From Escherichia coli (GTDB lineage Bacteria > Pseudomonadota > Gammaproteobacteria > Enterobacterales > Enterobacteriaceae): a DNA stretch of 64,000 nucleotides. The DNA is taken from NCBI RefSeq assembly GCF_016026235.1, contig NZ_CP065613.1; one strand, 5' to 3'. The translations under genes were made by a program, and so were the position numbers. Positions within the stretch are counted from its first letter, which is position 1; the number at the start of each line of letters is the position of its first letter. Below the pieces are notes generated by a model. It ran no database searches. It was not told where the DNA came from and was given only the letters and a program-made list of their open reading frames with translations. Of the stretch, positions 11,115 to 23,171 are shown piece after piece.

Positions 11115-11639
11115 ATGGCTTTGACAACCATTTCGCCGCATGATGCACAAGAATTAATCGCACGCGGCGCAAAGTTAATCGATATTCGTGACGCTGATGA
11201 ATATCTTCGTGAACATATTCCTGAAGCAGATCTGGCTCCATTATCCGTGCTGGAACAGTCAGGTCTTCCACCTAAATTACGTCGCGAGCAAATTATATTC
11301 CACTGCCAGGCAGGTAAACGCACCAGTAATAACGCCGATAAATTAGCAGCGATTGCCGCCCCCGCAGAAATATTTTTACTCGAAGATGGGATTGATGGCT
11401 GGAAAAGAGCTGGATTGCCAGTAGCGGTAAATAAATCTCAACCCTTGCCGTTAATGCGCCAGGTGCAGATCGCTGCGGGTGGTTTAATATTAATCGGCGT
11501 TGTACTGGGTTATACCGTAAATAGCGGTTTCTTCTTATTAAGTGGCTTTGTTGGTGCCGGGTTACTGTTTGCAGGAATCAGCGGTTTTTGTGGAATGGCA
11601 AGGTTGTTAGATAAGATGCCGTGGAACCAACGAGCTTGA
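11115..11639 (+). CDS. ygaP: Rhodanese-domain inner-membrane sulfurtransferase
   Basis: 174-aa ORF; rhodanese active-site region (HCQAGKRT) and C-terminal hydrophobic helices. Confidence 0.85.
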   Translation: MALTTISPHDAQELIARGAKLIDIRDADEYLREHIPEADLAPLSVLEQSGLPPKLRREQIIFHCQAGKRTSNNADKLAAIAAPAEIFLLEDGIDGWKRAGLPVAVNKSQPLPLMRQVQIAAGGLILIGVVLGYTVNSGFFLLSGFVGAGLLFAGISGFCGMARLLDKMPWNQRA

Positions 11640-11685
11640 GAAGCGACGCCGGACGCGCCCTAGCAGCGACATCCGGCCTCAGTAA

Positions 11686-12090
11686 TTAGATCAGGAAATC
11701 GTCGAGAGATTTACCTTCTGCCAGCGCCTGAGCAATTGGCTTCGGTGTACGGCCCTGACCGGTCCAGGTTTTAGTTTCACCGTTAACATCGGTGAATTTA
11801 TATTTCGCCGGACGCGGCTGGCGTTTTTTACCAGCGCGTGGTGCAGCAGCAGAGCTATTACCTAATAACTCTTCCGGGTTAATTCCGTCAGCCTTCATCA
11901 GCTCCAGCCAGGTGCTAATTTTTTCCTGACGCTCAGCCAGTTCACGCTGCTGCTGTTCTTCTTCTTCACGTCTTTCTTTAGTGACAACCCTGAATTTTTC
12001 GAGCATTTCTTCAAGAACGTCAATGGAGAATTCGCGAGCCATCGCACGGAGAGTGCGAATGTTATTTAAACTTTGTAACATTACGGACAT
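11686..12090 (-). CDS. stpA: H-NS paralog StpA (nucleoid protein, RNA chaperone)
   Basis: 134-aa [35 protein letters not shown]..., recognised as StpA. Confidence 0.95.
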   Translation of the reverse strand: MSVMLQSLNNIRTLRAMAREFSIDVLEEMLEKFRVVTKERREEEEQQQRELAERQEKISTWLELMKADGINPEELLGNSSAAAPRAGKKRQPRPAKYKFTDVNGETKTWTGQGRTPKPIAQALAEGKSLDDFLI

Positions 12091-12757
12091 AATAAAGAAA
12101 ACCTTTTAACGCCAAAACAAAAAAGTATTTCGTCGCGTAGTGTAAGCGATCACTTATTATATTTCCACAAAATTTAATCTATTTACAGTCCTGCGCGAGA
12201 TTATTTCAGCTGTTATTTTCTGAAACTCTCAGAATAATTTCAAGATTATATATTAGCCATTTTGATGAGTAATTTAGATTATTGGTGAACAGAACGGCGC
12301 TCTCTGCTCGCTAATTCCGCAAGCCTGACAAAACCGAAGTGAATAAAAATGCAATATAACAGAATAAAAGAAAACACCCCTCACTGGTGCTTTCTGCTGT
12401 TAATGTACATTTTCTGGCATAAAAAATACTGTAAATGACACGGTCACGACATACACCGAATTCTCTACGCTTATAGCGTTACCTCACCCCCAAACTTTCA
12501 TTAGTGAAATTAAAGGAAAGGTCATATCTAATTGATTTAATTGAAAATAAATCATATCGGCATGTAAAAATCCACAATGTACAAAAAACGAGCCGTTACG
12601 GAATATTTTATCTACAAAAACTGACTAAATAAAAATTTTTCACTAATTGATTAGTCATAGCCAGCGATATACGCTATGCGAAAATGCAGATGGCAATGAG
12701 ATCCACTGTTTTCATCTCCATTAACATCCCATTACGCTTTTATTAAGGAGCATTAGC

Positions 12758-13207
12758 ATGTTCTCACCGCAGTCACGCTTGCGTCATGCAGTTGCAGATA
12801 CGTTCGCGATGGTTGTTTACTGTTCTGTCGTGAACATGTGTATTGAAGTTTTCCTCTCCGGAATGAGCTTCGAACAGTCTTTTTATTCCAGATTGGTAGC
12901 GATTCCGGTGAACATCTTAATTGCATGGCCATACGGTATGTACCGTGATCTGTTTATGCGCGCGGCACGCAAAGTTAGCCCGTCGGGCTGGATAAAAAAT
13001 CTGGCGGATATCCTGGCTTATGTGACGTTCCAGTCACCGGTGTATGTGGCGATCTTGTTAGTGGTGGGCGCAGACTGGCATCAGATTATGGCGGCGGTCA
13101 GTTCAAACATCGTTGTTTCGATGTTGATGGGGGCGGTTTATGGCTACTTCCTCGATTATTGCCGCCGACTGTTTAAAGTCAGCCGTTACCAGCAGGTAAA
13201 AGCCTGA
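12758..13207 (+). CDS. alaE: L-alanine exporter
   Basis: 149-aa hydrophobic ORF; position after the long AT-rich stpA intergenic region. Confidence 0.85.
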   Translation: MFSPQSRLRHAVADTFAMVVYCSVVNMCIEVFLSGMSFEQSFYSRLVAIPVNILIAWPYGMYRDLFMRAARKVSPSGWIKNLADILAYVTFQSPVYVAILLVVGADWHQIMAAVSSNIVVSMLMGAVYGYFLDYCRRLFKVSRYQQVKA

Positions 13208-13243
13208 CTCTTCTTTTCGCGACTGGCATCGCCAGTCGCGTCT

Positions 13244-13588
13244 TTAACTGGCTTCGCCAAATAAACCATTCAAATAACGTTCAAGCGCAACACGCGAACT
13301 AAAGCCATGCGGGATACCGTAATGCTCGTGTCGCTCGCCTGCTAAATAGAGCGGAAATTGCTGGTAATGATCGCAAGTTTTAATATCGGAAGCGGGTTCA
13401 GCCAGTGTCGAACTGCGTTCTTTTAATGTTGGATGAATTACCAGAGCGGTACGTCCCATTCGCGCTTCGCGATTAACATAGACATAATTTTCCCCACGGC
13501 GGTAACCATACGCTTTCTGGGTTACCACATCGACAGTAAAACCGACTTTTTCAAGTACGCGCGCCACCTCGTCTGGTCGTAAATACAT
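13244..13588 (-). CDS. ygaC: Uncharacterized protein YgaC
   Basis: 114-aa ORF; synteny. Confidence 0.8.
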
Positions 13589-13727
13589 ATTTGATCCTCG
13601 TTATTATCAACCGCGGGCCTACCTTACCTGATTGCGCATTCACAACGCTTTCAGAAAAGTCCATAAAGCCGCGATGAACCTCAGTTAAGAAAATTATGGT
13701 CTACACTGAAAATTACATCGAATTCTA

Positions 13728-14069
13728 ATGGGGGATCATATGTTTAACCGACCGAACCGCAACGACGTTGATGATGGCGTGCAGGATATCCAGAATGATG
13801 TCAATCAATTAGCTGACAGCCTCGAATCTGTATTGAAGTCCTGGGGCAGCGACGCCAAAGGGGAAGCTGAAGCCGCACGCAGTAAAGCTCAGGCATTGCT
13901 GAAAGAAACCAGGGCGCGAATGCATGGTCGTACTCGCGTCCAGCAAGCCGCACGCGATGCCGTTGGCTGCGCGGATTCTTTTGTTCGTGAAAGACCCTGG
14001 TGTAGTGTGGGAACTGCTGCTGCGGTAGGTATTTTTATCGGTGCACTGTTAAGCATGCGCAAATCGTAG
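13728..14069 (+). CDS. ygaM: ElaB/YqjD/YgaM-family membrane-anchored protein
   Basis: 113-aa ORF (possible true start at Met5, 13740) with C-terminal transmembrane segment. Confidence 0.8.
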   Translation: MGDHMFNRPNRNDVDDGVQDIQNDVNQLADSLESVLKSWGSDAKGEAEAARSKAQALLKETRARMHGRTRVQQAARDAVGCADSFVRERPWCSVGTAAAVGIFIGALLSMRKS

Positions 14070-14098
14070 TGCAAAAATGATAATAAATACGCGTCTTT

Positions 14099-14130
14099 GA
14101 CCCCGAAGCCTGTCTTCGGGGTTTCTTTTT
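14099..14130 (+). terminator. Rho-independent terminator after ygaM
   Basis: gaccccgaagcc-tgtc-ttcggggtt followed by tcttttt. Confidence 0.75.
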
Positions 14131-14316
14131 GCCTGGTGAATCACAAAAATCCCCCTACCCCGTCACGCTCATATCCAGGGTAATTTCGACCACTATTTGC
14201 TATATATTGTGTGGTTGAATCTTTTTTCAACTACATCTAGTATCTCTGTATCAACAGAGAGACAACCCGACGCGTATCATCGCGCCGTATCTTCATTTTA
14301 AACGGAAATACGAATC

Positions 14317-14562
14317 ATGCGCATTACTATTTACACTCGTAACGATTGCGTTCAGTGCCACGCCACCAAACGGGCGATGGAAAACCGGGGCTTTGATTTT
14401 GAAATGATTAATGTCGATCGCGTTCCTGAAGCGGCGGAAGCGTTGCGTGCTCAGGGCTTTCGTCAGTTGCCGGTAGTGATTGCAGGCGATCTTAGCTGGT
14501 CTGGTTTCCGCCCGGACATGATCAATCGTCTGCATCCAGCGCCACACGCGGCCAGTGCATGA
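14317..14562 (+). CDS. nrdH: Glutaredoxin-like protein NrdH
   Basis: 81-aa ORF with CVQC redox motif; first gene of nrdHIEF. Confidence 0.95.
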
Positions 14563-14969
14563 GCCAGCTCGTCTACTTTTCCAGCAGCTCCGAAAATACG
14601 CAGCGTTTTATCGAACGTTTAGGGCTGCCCGCGGTGCGCATCCCGCTCAATGAGCGGGAACGGATTCAGGTAGACGAGCCTTACATCCTGATCGTGCCCT
14701 CTTACGGCGGCGGCGGTACGGCTGGCGCGGTGCCACGACAGGTAATTCGCTTTTTAAACGACGAGCACAACCGGGCGTTGCTTCGCGGCGTTATTGCTTC
14801 TGGTAATCGCAACTTTGGTGAGGCGTATGGCCGCGCCGGAGATGTGATTGCCCGGAAATGCGGCGTGCCGTGGCTGTACCGTTTTGAACTCATGGGTACG
14901 CAAAGCGATATCGAAAACGTTCGTAAAGGAGTAACCGAATTTTGGCAACGACAACCGCAGAACGCCTGA
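14559..14969 (+). CDS. nrdI: Flavodoxin-like protein NrdI
   Basis: 136-aa ORF overlapping nrdH by 4 bp. Confidence 0.9.
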
Positions 14970-17086
14970 CGCAGGAAACGATGGATTATCACGCGCTGAA
15001 TGCGATGCTTAACCTTTACGATAGCGCAGGTCGCATTCAGTTCGATAAAGATCGCCAGGCAGTAGATGCATTTATGGCGACGCATGTGCGTCCGAACAGT
15101 GTGACCTTCAGTAGCCAGCAACAGCGCCTGAACTGGCTGGTCAACGAAGGTTACTATGATGAAAGCGTCCTCAACCGCTACTCTCGCGATTTTGTCATTA
15201 CGCTGTTTGCCCACGCGCACGCCAGCGGTTTTCGTTTCCAGACATTCCTCGGGGCATGGAAGTTTTACACCAGCTATACGCTGAAAACATTCGACGGTAA
15301 GCGTTATCTGGAAGATTTTGCCGATCGGGTCACGATGGTGGCGCTGACGCTGGCACAAGGCGATGAAACACTGGCGACGCAGCTAACTGATGAGATGCTG
15401 TCAGGACGCTTTCAGCCAGCCACGCCAACATTCCTCAACTGCGGTAAGCAGCAGCGCGGCGAACTGGTTTCCTGTTTTTTGCTGCGTATTGAAGACAATA
15501 TGGAGTCGATTGGTCGGGCGGTAAATTCCGCACTGCAACTGTCGAAACGCGGCGGCGGCGTGGCATTTTTGCTGTCGAATCTGCGGGAAGCGGGCGCGCC
15601 AATTAAACGTATTGAAAATCAATCTTCTGGCGTGATTCCGGTGATGAAAATGCTGGAAGACGCATTTTCCTATGCCAACCAGCTCGGCGCTCGTCAGGGG
15701 GCTGGTGCAGTCTATTTACATGCCCATCATCCCGATATTCTGCGTTTTCTCGATACGAAACGGGAAAATGCCGACGAGAAAATCCGCATTAAAACACTGT
15801 CGCTGGGCGTGGTGATCCCGGATATCACTTTCCATCTGGCAAAAGAGAATGCGCAGATGGCGCTGTTTTCGCCTTATGACGTAGAGCGAGTTTATGGCAA
15901 GCCGTTTGCCGATGTGGCCATCAGCCAACACTATGACGAACTGGTTGCCGATGAACGCATTCGCAAAAAATACCTCAACGCCCGTGATTTCTTCCAGCGA
16001 CTGGCAGAAATCCAGTTTGAGTCCGGCTATCCCTACATCATGTATGAAGACACGGTAAACCGTGCTAACCCTATCGCCGGGCGCATAAATATGAGTAATC
16101 TCTGCTCAGAAATTTTGCAGGTTAACAGCGCCTCAGAGTATGACGAGAATCTCGACTATGCCCGTACAGGCCATGATATTTCCTGCAATTTAGGTTCGTT
16201 GAATATTGCGCACACCATGGATTCCCCCGATTTTGCCCGCACGGTAGAGACTGCCGTGCGCGGTTTAACGGCGGTGTCAGATATGAGTCATATCCGCAGC
16301 GTGCCGTCCATCGAAGCCGGAAATGCCGCCTCACACGCCATCGGACTGGGGCAGATGAATTTACACGGCTATCTGGCGCGAGAAGGCATCGCTTATGGTT
16401 CGCCGGAAGCACTGGATTTCACCAATCTCTATTTCTATGCCATCACCTGGCACGCACTGCGTACCTCGATGTTGCTGGCGCGCGAACGCTGTGAAACCTT
16501 CGCCGGGTTCAAACAGTCACGTTATGCCAGTGGTGAATATTTTAGCCAATATCTGCAAGGTAACTGGCAGCCGAAAACGGCGAAAGTTGGCGAACTGTTT
16601 GCCCGCAGCGGTATTACGTTACCTACCCGTGAGATGTGGGCGCAACTGCGCGACGACGTGATGCGCTACGGCATTTACAACCAGAATCTTCAGGCGGTGC
16701 CGCCAACCGGTTCTATCTCTTATATCAACCATGCTACGTCGAGTATTCATCCGATTGTGGCGAAAGTAGAGATACGCAAAGAGGGCAAAACAGGACGCGT
16801 TTACTACCCTGCCCCGTTTATGACTAACGAAAATCTGGCGCTGTATCAGGATGCTTACGAAATCGGCGCAGAAAAGATCATCGACACCTACGCGGAAGCG
16901 ACTCGCCATGTCGATCAGGGTTTGTCGCTGACGCTGTTTTTCCCCGATACCGCCACCACTCGCGATATCAACAAAGCGCAGATTTACGCCTGGCGCAAAG
17001 GTATCAAAACGCTCTATTACATTCGCCTGCGTCAGATGGCGCTGGAAGGCACTGAAATTGAAGGCTGCGTCTCCTGTGCACTTTAA
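14942..17086 (+). CDS. nrdE: Class Ib ribonucleotide reductase alpha subunit
   Basis: 714-aa ORF ending in CVSCAL; overlaps nrdI 3' end. Confidence 0.95.
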
Positions 17087-18055
<969 letters not shown>

Positions 18056-18410
18056 GGGTGTTATTTTCAAAAATATCACTACCCGCGACAGGGAAATAAT
18101 TCCCGCCAAATAGCTTTTTATCACGCAAATATTTTGTGGTGATCTACACTGATACTCTGTTGCATTATTCGCCTGAAACCACAATATTCAGGCGTTTTTT
18201 CGCTATCTTTGACAAAAAATATCAACTTTTCTCGATTTGCTCTCAGCCCTTATATCATGGGAAATTCCGGCGATTTGCTCACATCAATATTCATGCCACA
18301 TTTGCCCTCAGGGGTTGCCTCAGATTCTCAGTATGTTAGGGTAGAAAAAAGTGACTATTTCCATTGGGTAATGTATCGACATAAACAAATAACAGGAATC
18401 TTTCTATTGC

Positions 18411-19613
18411 ATGGCAATTAAATTAGAAATTAAAAATCTTTATAAAATATTTGGTGAGCATCCACAGCGAGCTTTCAAATATATCGAACAAGGACTTTCA
18501 AAAGAACAAATTCTGGAAAAAACTGGGCTATCGCTTGGCGTAAAAGACGCCAGTCTGGCCATTGAAGAAGGCGAGATATTTGTCATCATGGGATTATCCG
18601 GTTCGGGTAAATCCACAATGGTACGCCTTCTCAATCGCCTGATTGAACCCACCCGCGGGCAAGTGCTGATTGATGGTGTGGATATTGCCAAAATATCCGA
18701 CGCCGAACTCCGTGAGGTGCGCAGAAAAAAGATTGCGATGGTCTTCCAGTCCTTTGCCTTAATGCCGCATATGACCGTGCTGGACAATACTGCGTTCGGT
18801 ATGGAATTGGCCGGAATTAATGCCGAAGAACGCCGGGAAAAAGCCCTTGATGCACTGCGTCAGGTCGGGCTGGAAAATTATGCCCACAGCTACCCGGATG
18901 AACTCTCTGGCGGGATGCGTCAACGTGTGGGATTAGCCCGCGCGTTAGCGATTAATCCGGATATATTATTAATGGACGAAGCCTTCTCGGCGCTCGATCC
19001 ATTAATTCGCACCGAGATGCAGGATGAACTGGTAAAATTACAGGCGAAACATCAGCGCACCATTGTCTTTATTTCCCACGATCTCGATGAAGCCATGCGT
19101 ATTGGCGACCGAATTGCCATTATGCAAAATGGTGAAGTGGTACAAGTCGGCACACCGGATGAAATTCTCAATAATCCGGCGAATGATTATGTCCGTACCT
19201 TCTTCCGTGGCGTCGATATTAGTCAGGTATTCAGTGCGAAAGATATTGCCCGTCGTACACCGAACGGCTTAATTCGTAAAACTCCTGGCTTCGGCCCACG
19301 TTCGGCACTGAAATTATTGCAGGATGAAGATCGTGAATATGGCTACGTTATCGAACGCGGTAATAAGTTTGTCGGCGCAGTCTCCATCGATTCGCTTAAA
19401 ACCGCGTTAACGCAGCAGCAAGGTCTTGATGCGGCGCTGATTGATGCGCCGTTAGCAGTCGATGCACAAACGCCTCTTAGCGAGTTGCTCTCTCATGTCG
19501 GACAGGCACCCTGTGCAGTGCCCGTGGTCGACGAGGACCAACAGTATGTCGGCATCATTTCGAAAGGAATGCTGCTGCGCGCTTTAGATCGTGAGGGGGT
19601 AAATAATGGCTGA
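18411..19613 (+). CDS. proV: Glycine betaine/proline ABC transporter, ATPase subunit
   Basis: 400-aa ORF with Walker A (GLSGSGKST), ABC signature (LSGGMRQR) and C-terminal CBS region. Confidence 0.95.
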   Translation: MAIKLEIKNLYKIFGEHPQRAFKYIEQGLSKEQILEKTGLSLGVKDASLAIEEGEIFVIMGLSGSGKSTMVRLLNRLIEPTRGQVLIDGVDIAKISDAELREVRRKKIAMVFQSFALMPHMTVLDNTAFGMELAGINAEERREKALDALRQVGLENYAHSYPDELSGGMRQRVGLARALAINPDILLMDEAFSALDPLIRTEMQDELVKLQAKHQRTIVFISHDLDEAMRIGDRIAIMQNGEVVQVGTPDEILNNPANDYVRTFFRGVDISQVFSAKDIARRTPNGLIRKTPGFGPRSALKLLQDEDREYGYVIERGNKFVGAVSIDSLKTALTQQQGLDAALIDAPLAVDAQTPLSELLSHVGQAPCAVPVVDEDQQYVGIISKGMLLRALDREGVNNG

Positions 19614-20670
19614 TCAAAATAATCCGTGGGATACCACGCCAGCGGCGGACAGTGCCGCGCAATCCGCAGACGCCTGGGGTACACCGACGACTGCACCGAC
19701 TGACGGCGGTGGTGCTGACTGGCTGACCAGTACGCCTGCGCCAAACGTCGAGCATTTTAATATTCTCGATCCGTTCCATAAAACGCTGATCCCACTCGAC
19801 AGTTGGGTCACTGAAGGGATCGACTGGGTCGTTACCCATTTCCGTCCCGTCTTCCAGGGCGTGCGCGTTCCGGTTGATTATATCCTCAACGGTTTCCAGC
19901 AATTGCTGCTGGGTATGCCCGCACCGGTGGCGATTATCGTTTTCGCTCTCATCGCCTGGCAGATTTCCGGGGTCGGAATGGGTGTGGCGACGCTGGTTTC
20001 GCTGATTGCCATCGGCGCAATCGGTGCCTGGTCGCAGGCAATGGTGACTCTGGCGCTGGTGTTAACCGCCCTGCTGTTCTGTATCGTCATCGGTTTGCCG
20101 TTGGGGATCTGGCTGGCGAGAAGTCCGCGAGCGGCGAAAATTATTCGTCCACTGCTTGATGCCATGCAGACCACGCCAGCGTTTGTTTATCTGGTGCCAA
20201 TCGTCATGCTATTTGGTATCGGTAACGTGCCGGGCGTGGTGGTGACGATCATCTTTGCTCTGCCGCCGATTATCCGTCTGACCATTCTGGGGATTAACCA
20301 GGTTCCGGCGGATCTGATTGAAGCCTCGCGCTCATTCGGTGCCAGCCCGCGCCAGATGCTGTTCAAAGTTCAGTTACCGCTGGCGATGCCGACCATTATG
20401 GCGGGCGTTAACCAGACGCTGATGCTGGCCCTTTCTATGGTGGTCATCGCCTCGATGATTGCCGTCGGCGGGCTGGGTCAGATGGTACTTCGTGGTATCG
20501 GTCGTCTGGATATGGGGCTTGCCACCGTTGGCGGCGTCGGGATTGTGATCCTCGCCATTATCCTCGATCGCCTGACGCAGGCCGTTGGGCGCGACTCACG
20601 CAGTCGCGGCAACCGTCGCTGGTACACCACTGGCCCTGTCGGTCTGCTGACCCGCCCATTCATTAAGTAA
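19606..20670 (+). CDS. proW: Glycine betaine/proline ABC transporter, permease
   Basis: 354-aa membrane ORF overlapping proV by 8 bp. Confidence 0.95.
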   Translation: MADQNNPWDTTPAADSAAQSADAWGTPTTAPTDGGGADWLTSTPAPNVEHFNILDPFHKTLIPLDSWVTEGIDWVVTHFRPVFQGVRVPVDYILNGFQQLLLGMPAPVAIIVFALIAWQISGVGMGVATLVSLIAIGAIGAWSQAMVTLALVLTALLFCIVIGLPLGIWLARSPRAAKIIRPLLDAMQTTPAFVYLVPIVMLFGIGNVPGVVVTIIFALPPIIRLTILGINQVPADLIEASRSFGASPRQMLFKVQLPLAMPTIMAGVNQTLMLALSMVVIASMIAVGGLGQMVLRGIGRLDMGLATVGGVGIVILAIILDRLTQAVGRDSRSRGNRRWYTTGPVGLLTRPFIK

Positions 20671-20726
20671 CTCTGCACTTGCCCGGTGACGCCGGGCATA
20701 TCACCCTGCCAAAAAAAGGAATAACA

Positions 20727-21719
20727 ATGCGACATAGCGTACTTTTTGCGACAGCGTTTGCCACGCTTATCTCTACACAAACTTTTGCTGCCGATCTGCT
20801 GGGCAAAGGCATTACTGTTAATCCAGTTCAAAGCACCATCACCGAAGAAACCTTCCAGACACTGCTGGTCAGTCGTGCGCTGGAGAAATTAGGTTATACC
20901 GTCAATAAACCCAGCGAAGTGGATTACAACGTTGGCTACACCTCGCTTGCTTCCGGCGATGCAACCTTCACCGCCGTGAACTGGACGCCACTGCATGACA
21001 ACATGTACGAAGCTGCCGGTGGCGATAAGAAATTTTATCGTGAAGGGGTATTTGTTAACGGCGCGGCACAGGGTTACCTGATCGATAAGAAAACCGCCGA
21101 CCAGTACAAAATCACCAACATCGCACAACTAAAAGATCCGAAGATCGCCAAACTGTTCGATACCAACGGCGACGGCAAAGCGGATTTGACTGGCTGTAAC
21201 CCTGGCTGGGGCTGCGAAGGTGCGATCAACCACCAGCTTGCCGCGTATGAACTGACCAATACCGTGACGCATAATCAGGGGAACTACGCAGCGATGATGG
21301 CTGACACCATCAGTCGCTACAAAGAGGGCAAACCGGTGTTTTACTACACCTGGACGCCGTACTGGGTGAGTAATGAGCTGAAGCCAGGGAAAGATGTGGT
21401 CTGGTTGCAGGTGCCGTTCTCTGCACTGCCGGGCGATAAAAATGCCGATACCAAACTGCCGAATGGCGCGAATTACGGCTTCCCGGTCAGCACCATGCAT
21501 ATCGTTGCCAATAAAGCCTGGGCCGAGAAAAACCCGGCAGCAGCGAAACTGTTTGCCATTATGCAGTTGCCAGTGGCAGATATTAACGCCCAGAACGCCA
21601 TTATGCATGACGGCAAAGCCTCAGAAGGCGATATTCAGGGCCACGTTGATGGCTGGATCAAAGCCCACCAGCAGCAGTTCGATGGCTGGGTGAATGAGGC
21701 GCTGGCAGCGCAGAAGTAA
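20727..21719 (+). CDS. proX: Glycine betaine/proline ABC transporter, periplasmic binding protein
   Basis: 330-aa ORF from [21 protein letters not shown] (signal peptide); tracked ORF begins upstream at 20679. Confidence 0.9.
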   Translation: MRHSVLFATAFATLISTQTFAADLLGKGITVNPVQSTITEETFQTLLVSRALEKLGYTVNKPSEVDYNVGYTSLASGDATFTAVNWTPLHDNMYEAAGGDKKFYREGVFVNGAAQGYLIDKKTADQYKITNIAQLKDPKIAKLFDTNGDGKADLTGCNPGWGCEGAINHQLAAYELTNTVTHNQGNYAAMMADTISRYKEGKPVFYYTWTPYWVSNELKPGKDVVWLQVPFSALPGDKNADTKLPNGANYGFPVSTMHIVANKAWAEKNPAAAKLFAIMQLPVADINAQNAIMHDGKASEGDIQGHVDGWIKAHQQQFDGWVNEALAAQK

Positions 21720-21830
21720 TTTTTATTCGGGCGGATAAGGCGTTTTCGCCGCATCCGCCGCTCTGTACACAATGCCTGATGCGACGCTGGCGCGTCTTAT
21801 CATGCCTACAAACCACACCGCACATTTCAA
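21720..21830. repeat. REP/BIME element downstream of proX
   Basis: gcggataaggcg...cgccgcatccgcc and gcctgatgcgacgctggcgcgtcttatcatgcctac palindromic units. Confidence 0.8.
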
Positions 21831-21896
21831 CTGATCTTACCCAGCAATAGTGGACACGCGGCTAAGTGAGTAAACTCTCAGTCAGAGGTGACTCAC

Positions 21897-22196
21897 ATGA
21901 CAAAAACAGTATCAACCAGTAAAAAACCCCGTAAACAGCATTCGCCTGAATTTCGCAGTGAAGCCCTGAAGCTTGCTGAACGCATCGGTGTTACTGCCGC
22001 AGCCCGTGAACTCAGCCTGTATGAATCACAGCTCTACAACTGGCGCAGTAAACAGCAAAATCAGCAGACGTCTTCTGAACGTGAACTGGAGATGTCTACC
22101 GAGATTGCACGTCTCAAACGCCAGCTGGCAGAACGGGATGAAGAGCTGGCTATCCTCCAAAAGGCCGCGACATACTTCGCGAAGCGCCTGAAATGA
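21897..22196 (+). CDS. insE: IS3 OrfA (InsE), HTH DNA-binding transposase N-terminal part
   Basis: 99-aa [32 protein letters not shown]... Confidence 0.9.
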   Translation: MTKTVSTSKKPRKQHSPEFRSEALKLAERIGVTAAARELSLYESQLYNWRSKQQNQQTSSERELEMSTEIARLKRQLAERDEELAILQKAATYFAKRLK

Positions 22197-23059
22197 AGTA
22201 TGTCTTTATTGAAAAACATCAGGCTGAGTTCAGCATCAAAGCAATGTGCCGCGTGCTCCGGGTGGCCCGCAGCGGCTGGTATACGTGGTGTCAGCGGCGG
22301 ACAAGGATAAGCACGCGTCAGCAGTTCCGCCAACACTGCGACAGCGTTGTCCTCGCGGCTTTTACCCGGTCAAAACAGCGTTACGGTGCCCCACGCCTGA
22401 CGGATGAACTGCGTGCTCAGGGTTACCCCTTTAACGTAAAAACCGTGGCGGCAAGCCTGCGCCGTCAGGGACTGAGGGCAAAGGCCTCCCGGAAGTTCAG
22501 CCCGGTCAGCTACCGCGCACACGGCCTGCCTGTGTCAGAAAATCTGTTGGAGCAGGATTTTTACGCCAGTGGCCCGAACCAGAAGTGGGCAGGAGACATC
22601 ACGTACTTACGTACAGATGAAGGCTGGCTGTATCTGGCAGTGGTCATTGACCTGTGGTCACGTGCCGTTATTGGCTGGTCAATGTCGCCACGCATGACGG
22701 CGCAACTGGCCTGCGATGCCCTGCAGATGGCGCTGTGGCGGCGTAAGAGGCCCCGGAACGTTATCGTTCACACGGACCGTGGAGGCCAGTACTGTTCAGC
22801 AGATTATCAGGCGCAACTGAAGCGGCATAATCTGCGTGGAAGTATGAGCGCAAAAGGTTGCTGCTACGATAATGCCTGCGTGGAAAGCTTCTTTCATTCG
22901 CTGAAAGTGGAATGTATCCATGGAGAACACTTTATCAGCTGGGAAATAATGCGGGCAACGGTGTTTAATTATATCGAATGTGATTACAATCGGTGGCGGC
23001 GGCACAGTTGGTGTGGCGGCCTCAGTCCGGAACAATTTGAAAACCAGAACCTCGCTTAG
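22193..23059 (+). CDS. insF: IS3 OrfB (InsF), DDE transposase catalytic domain
   Basis: 288-aa ORF in the -1 frame relative to OrfA, overlapping it by 4 bp, as expected for a programmed -1 frameshift OrfAB fusion. Confidence 0.9.
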   Translation: MKYVFIEKHQAEFSIKAMCRVLRVARSGWYTWCQRRTRISTRQQFRQHCDSVVLAAFTRSKQRYGAPRLTDELRAQGYPFNVKTVAASLRRQGLRAKASRKFSPVSYRAHGLPVSENLLEQDFYASGPNQKWAGDITYLRTDEGWLYLAVVIDLWSRAVIGWSMSPRMTAQLACDALQMALWRRKRPRNVIVHTDRGGQYCSADYQAQLKRHNLRGSMSAKGCCYDNACVESFFHSLKVECIHGEHFISWEIMRATVFNYIECDYNRWRRHSWCGGLSPEQFENQNLA

Positions 23060-23171
23060 GCCTGTGTCCATATTACGTGGGTAGGATCACAACAAGCTAT
23101 CTTTCGCCCCCATTCATAAACATCCGCTATTATTGATTTCCAGCTTAATCATCACCTGATAAACAAAAATA

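Larger units (their letters stand above)
21832..23089 (+). mobile_element. IS3: Complete IS3 insertion sequence (1258 bp)
   Basis: Left end TGATCTTACCCAGCAATAGTGGACACGCGGCTAAG and right end ...CTTAGGCCTGTGTCCATATTACGTGGGTAGGATCA form imperfect ~39-bp terminal inverted repeats; two overlapping ORFs in 0/-1 frames; flanked by the direct repeat caac (21828-21831 and 23090-23093). Confidence 0.95.
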
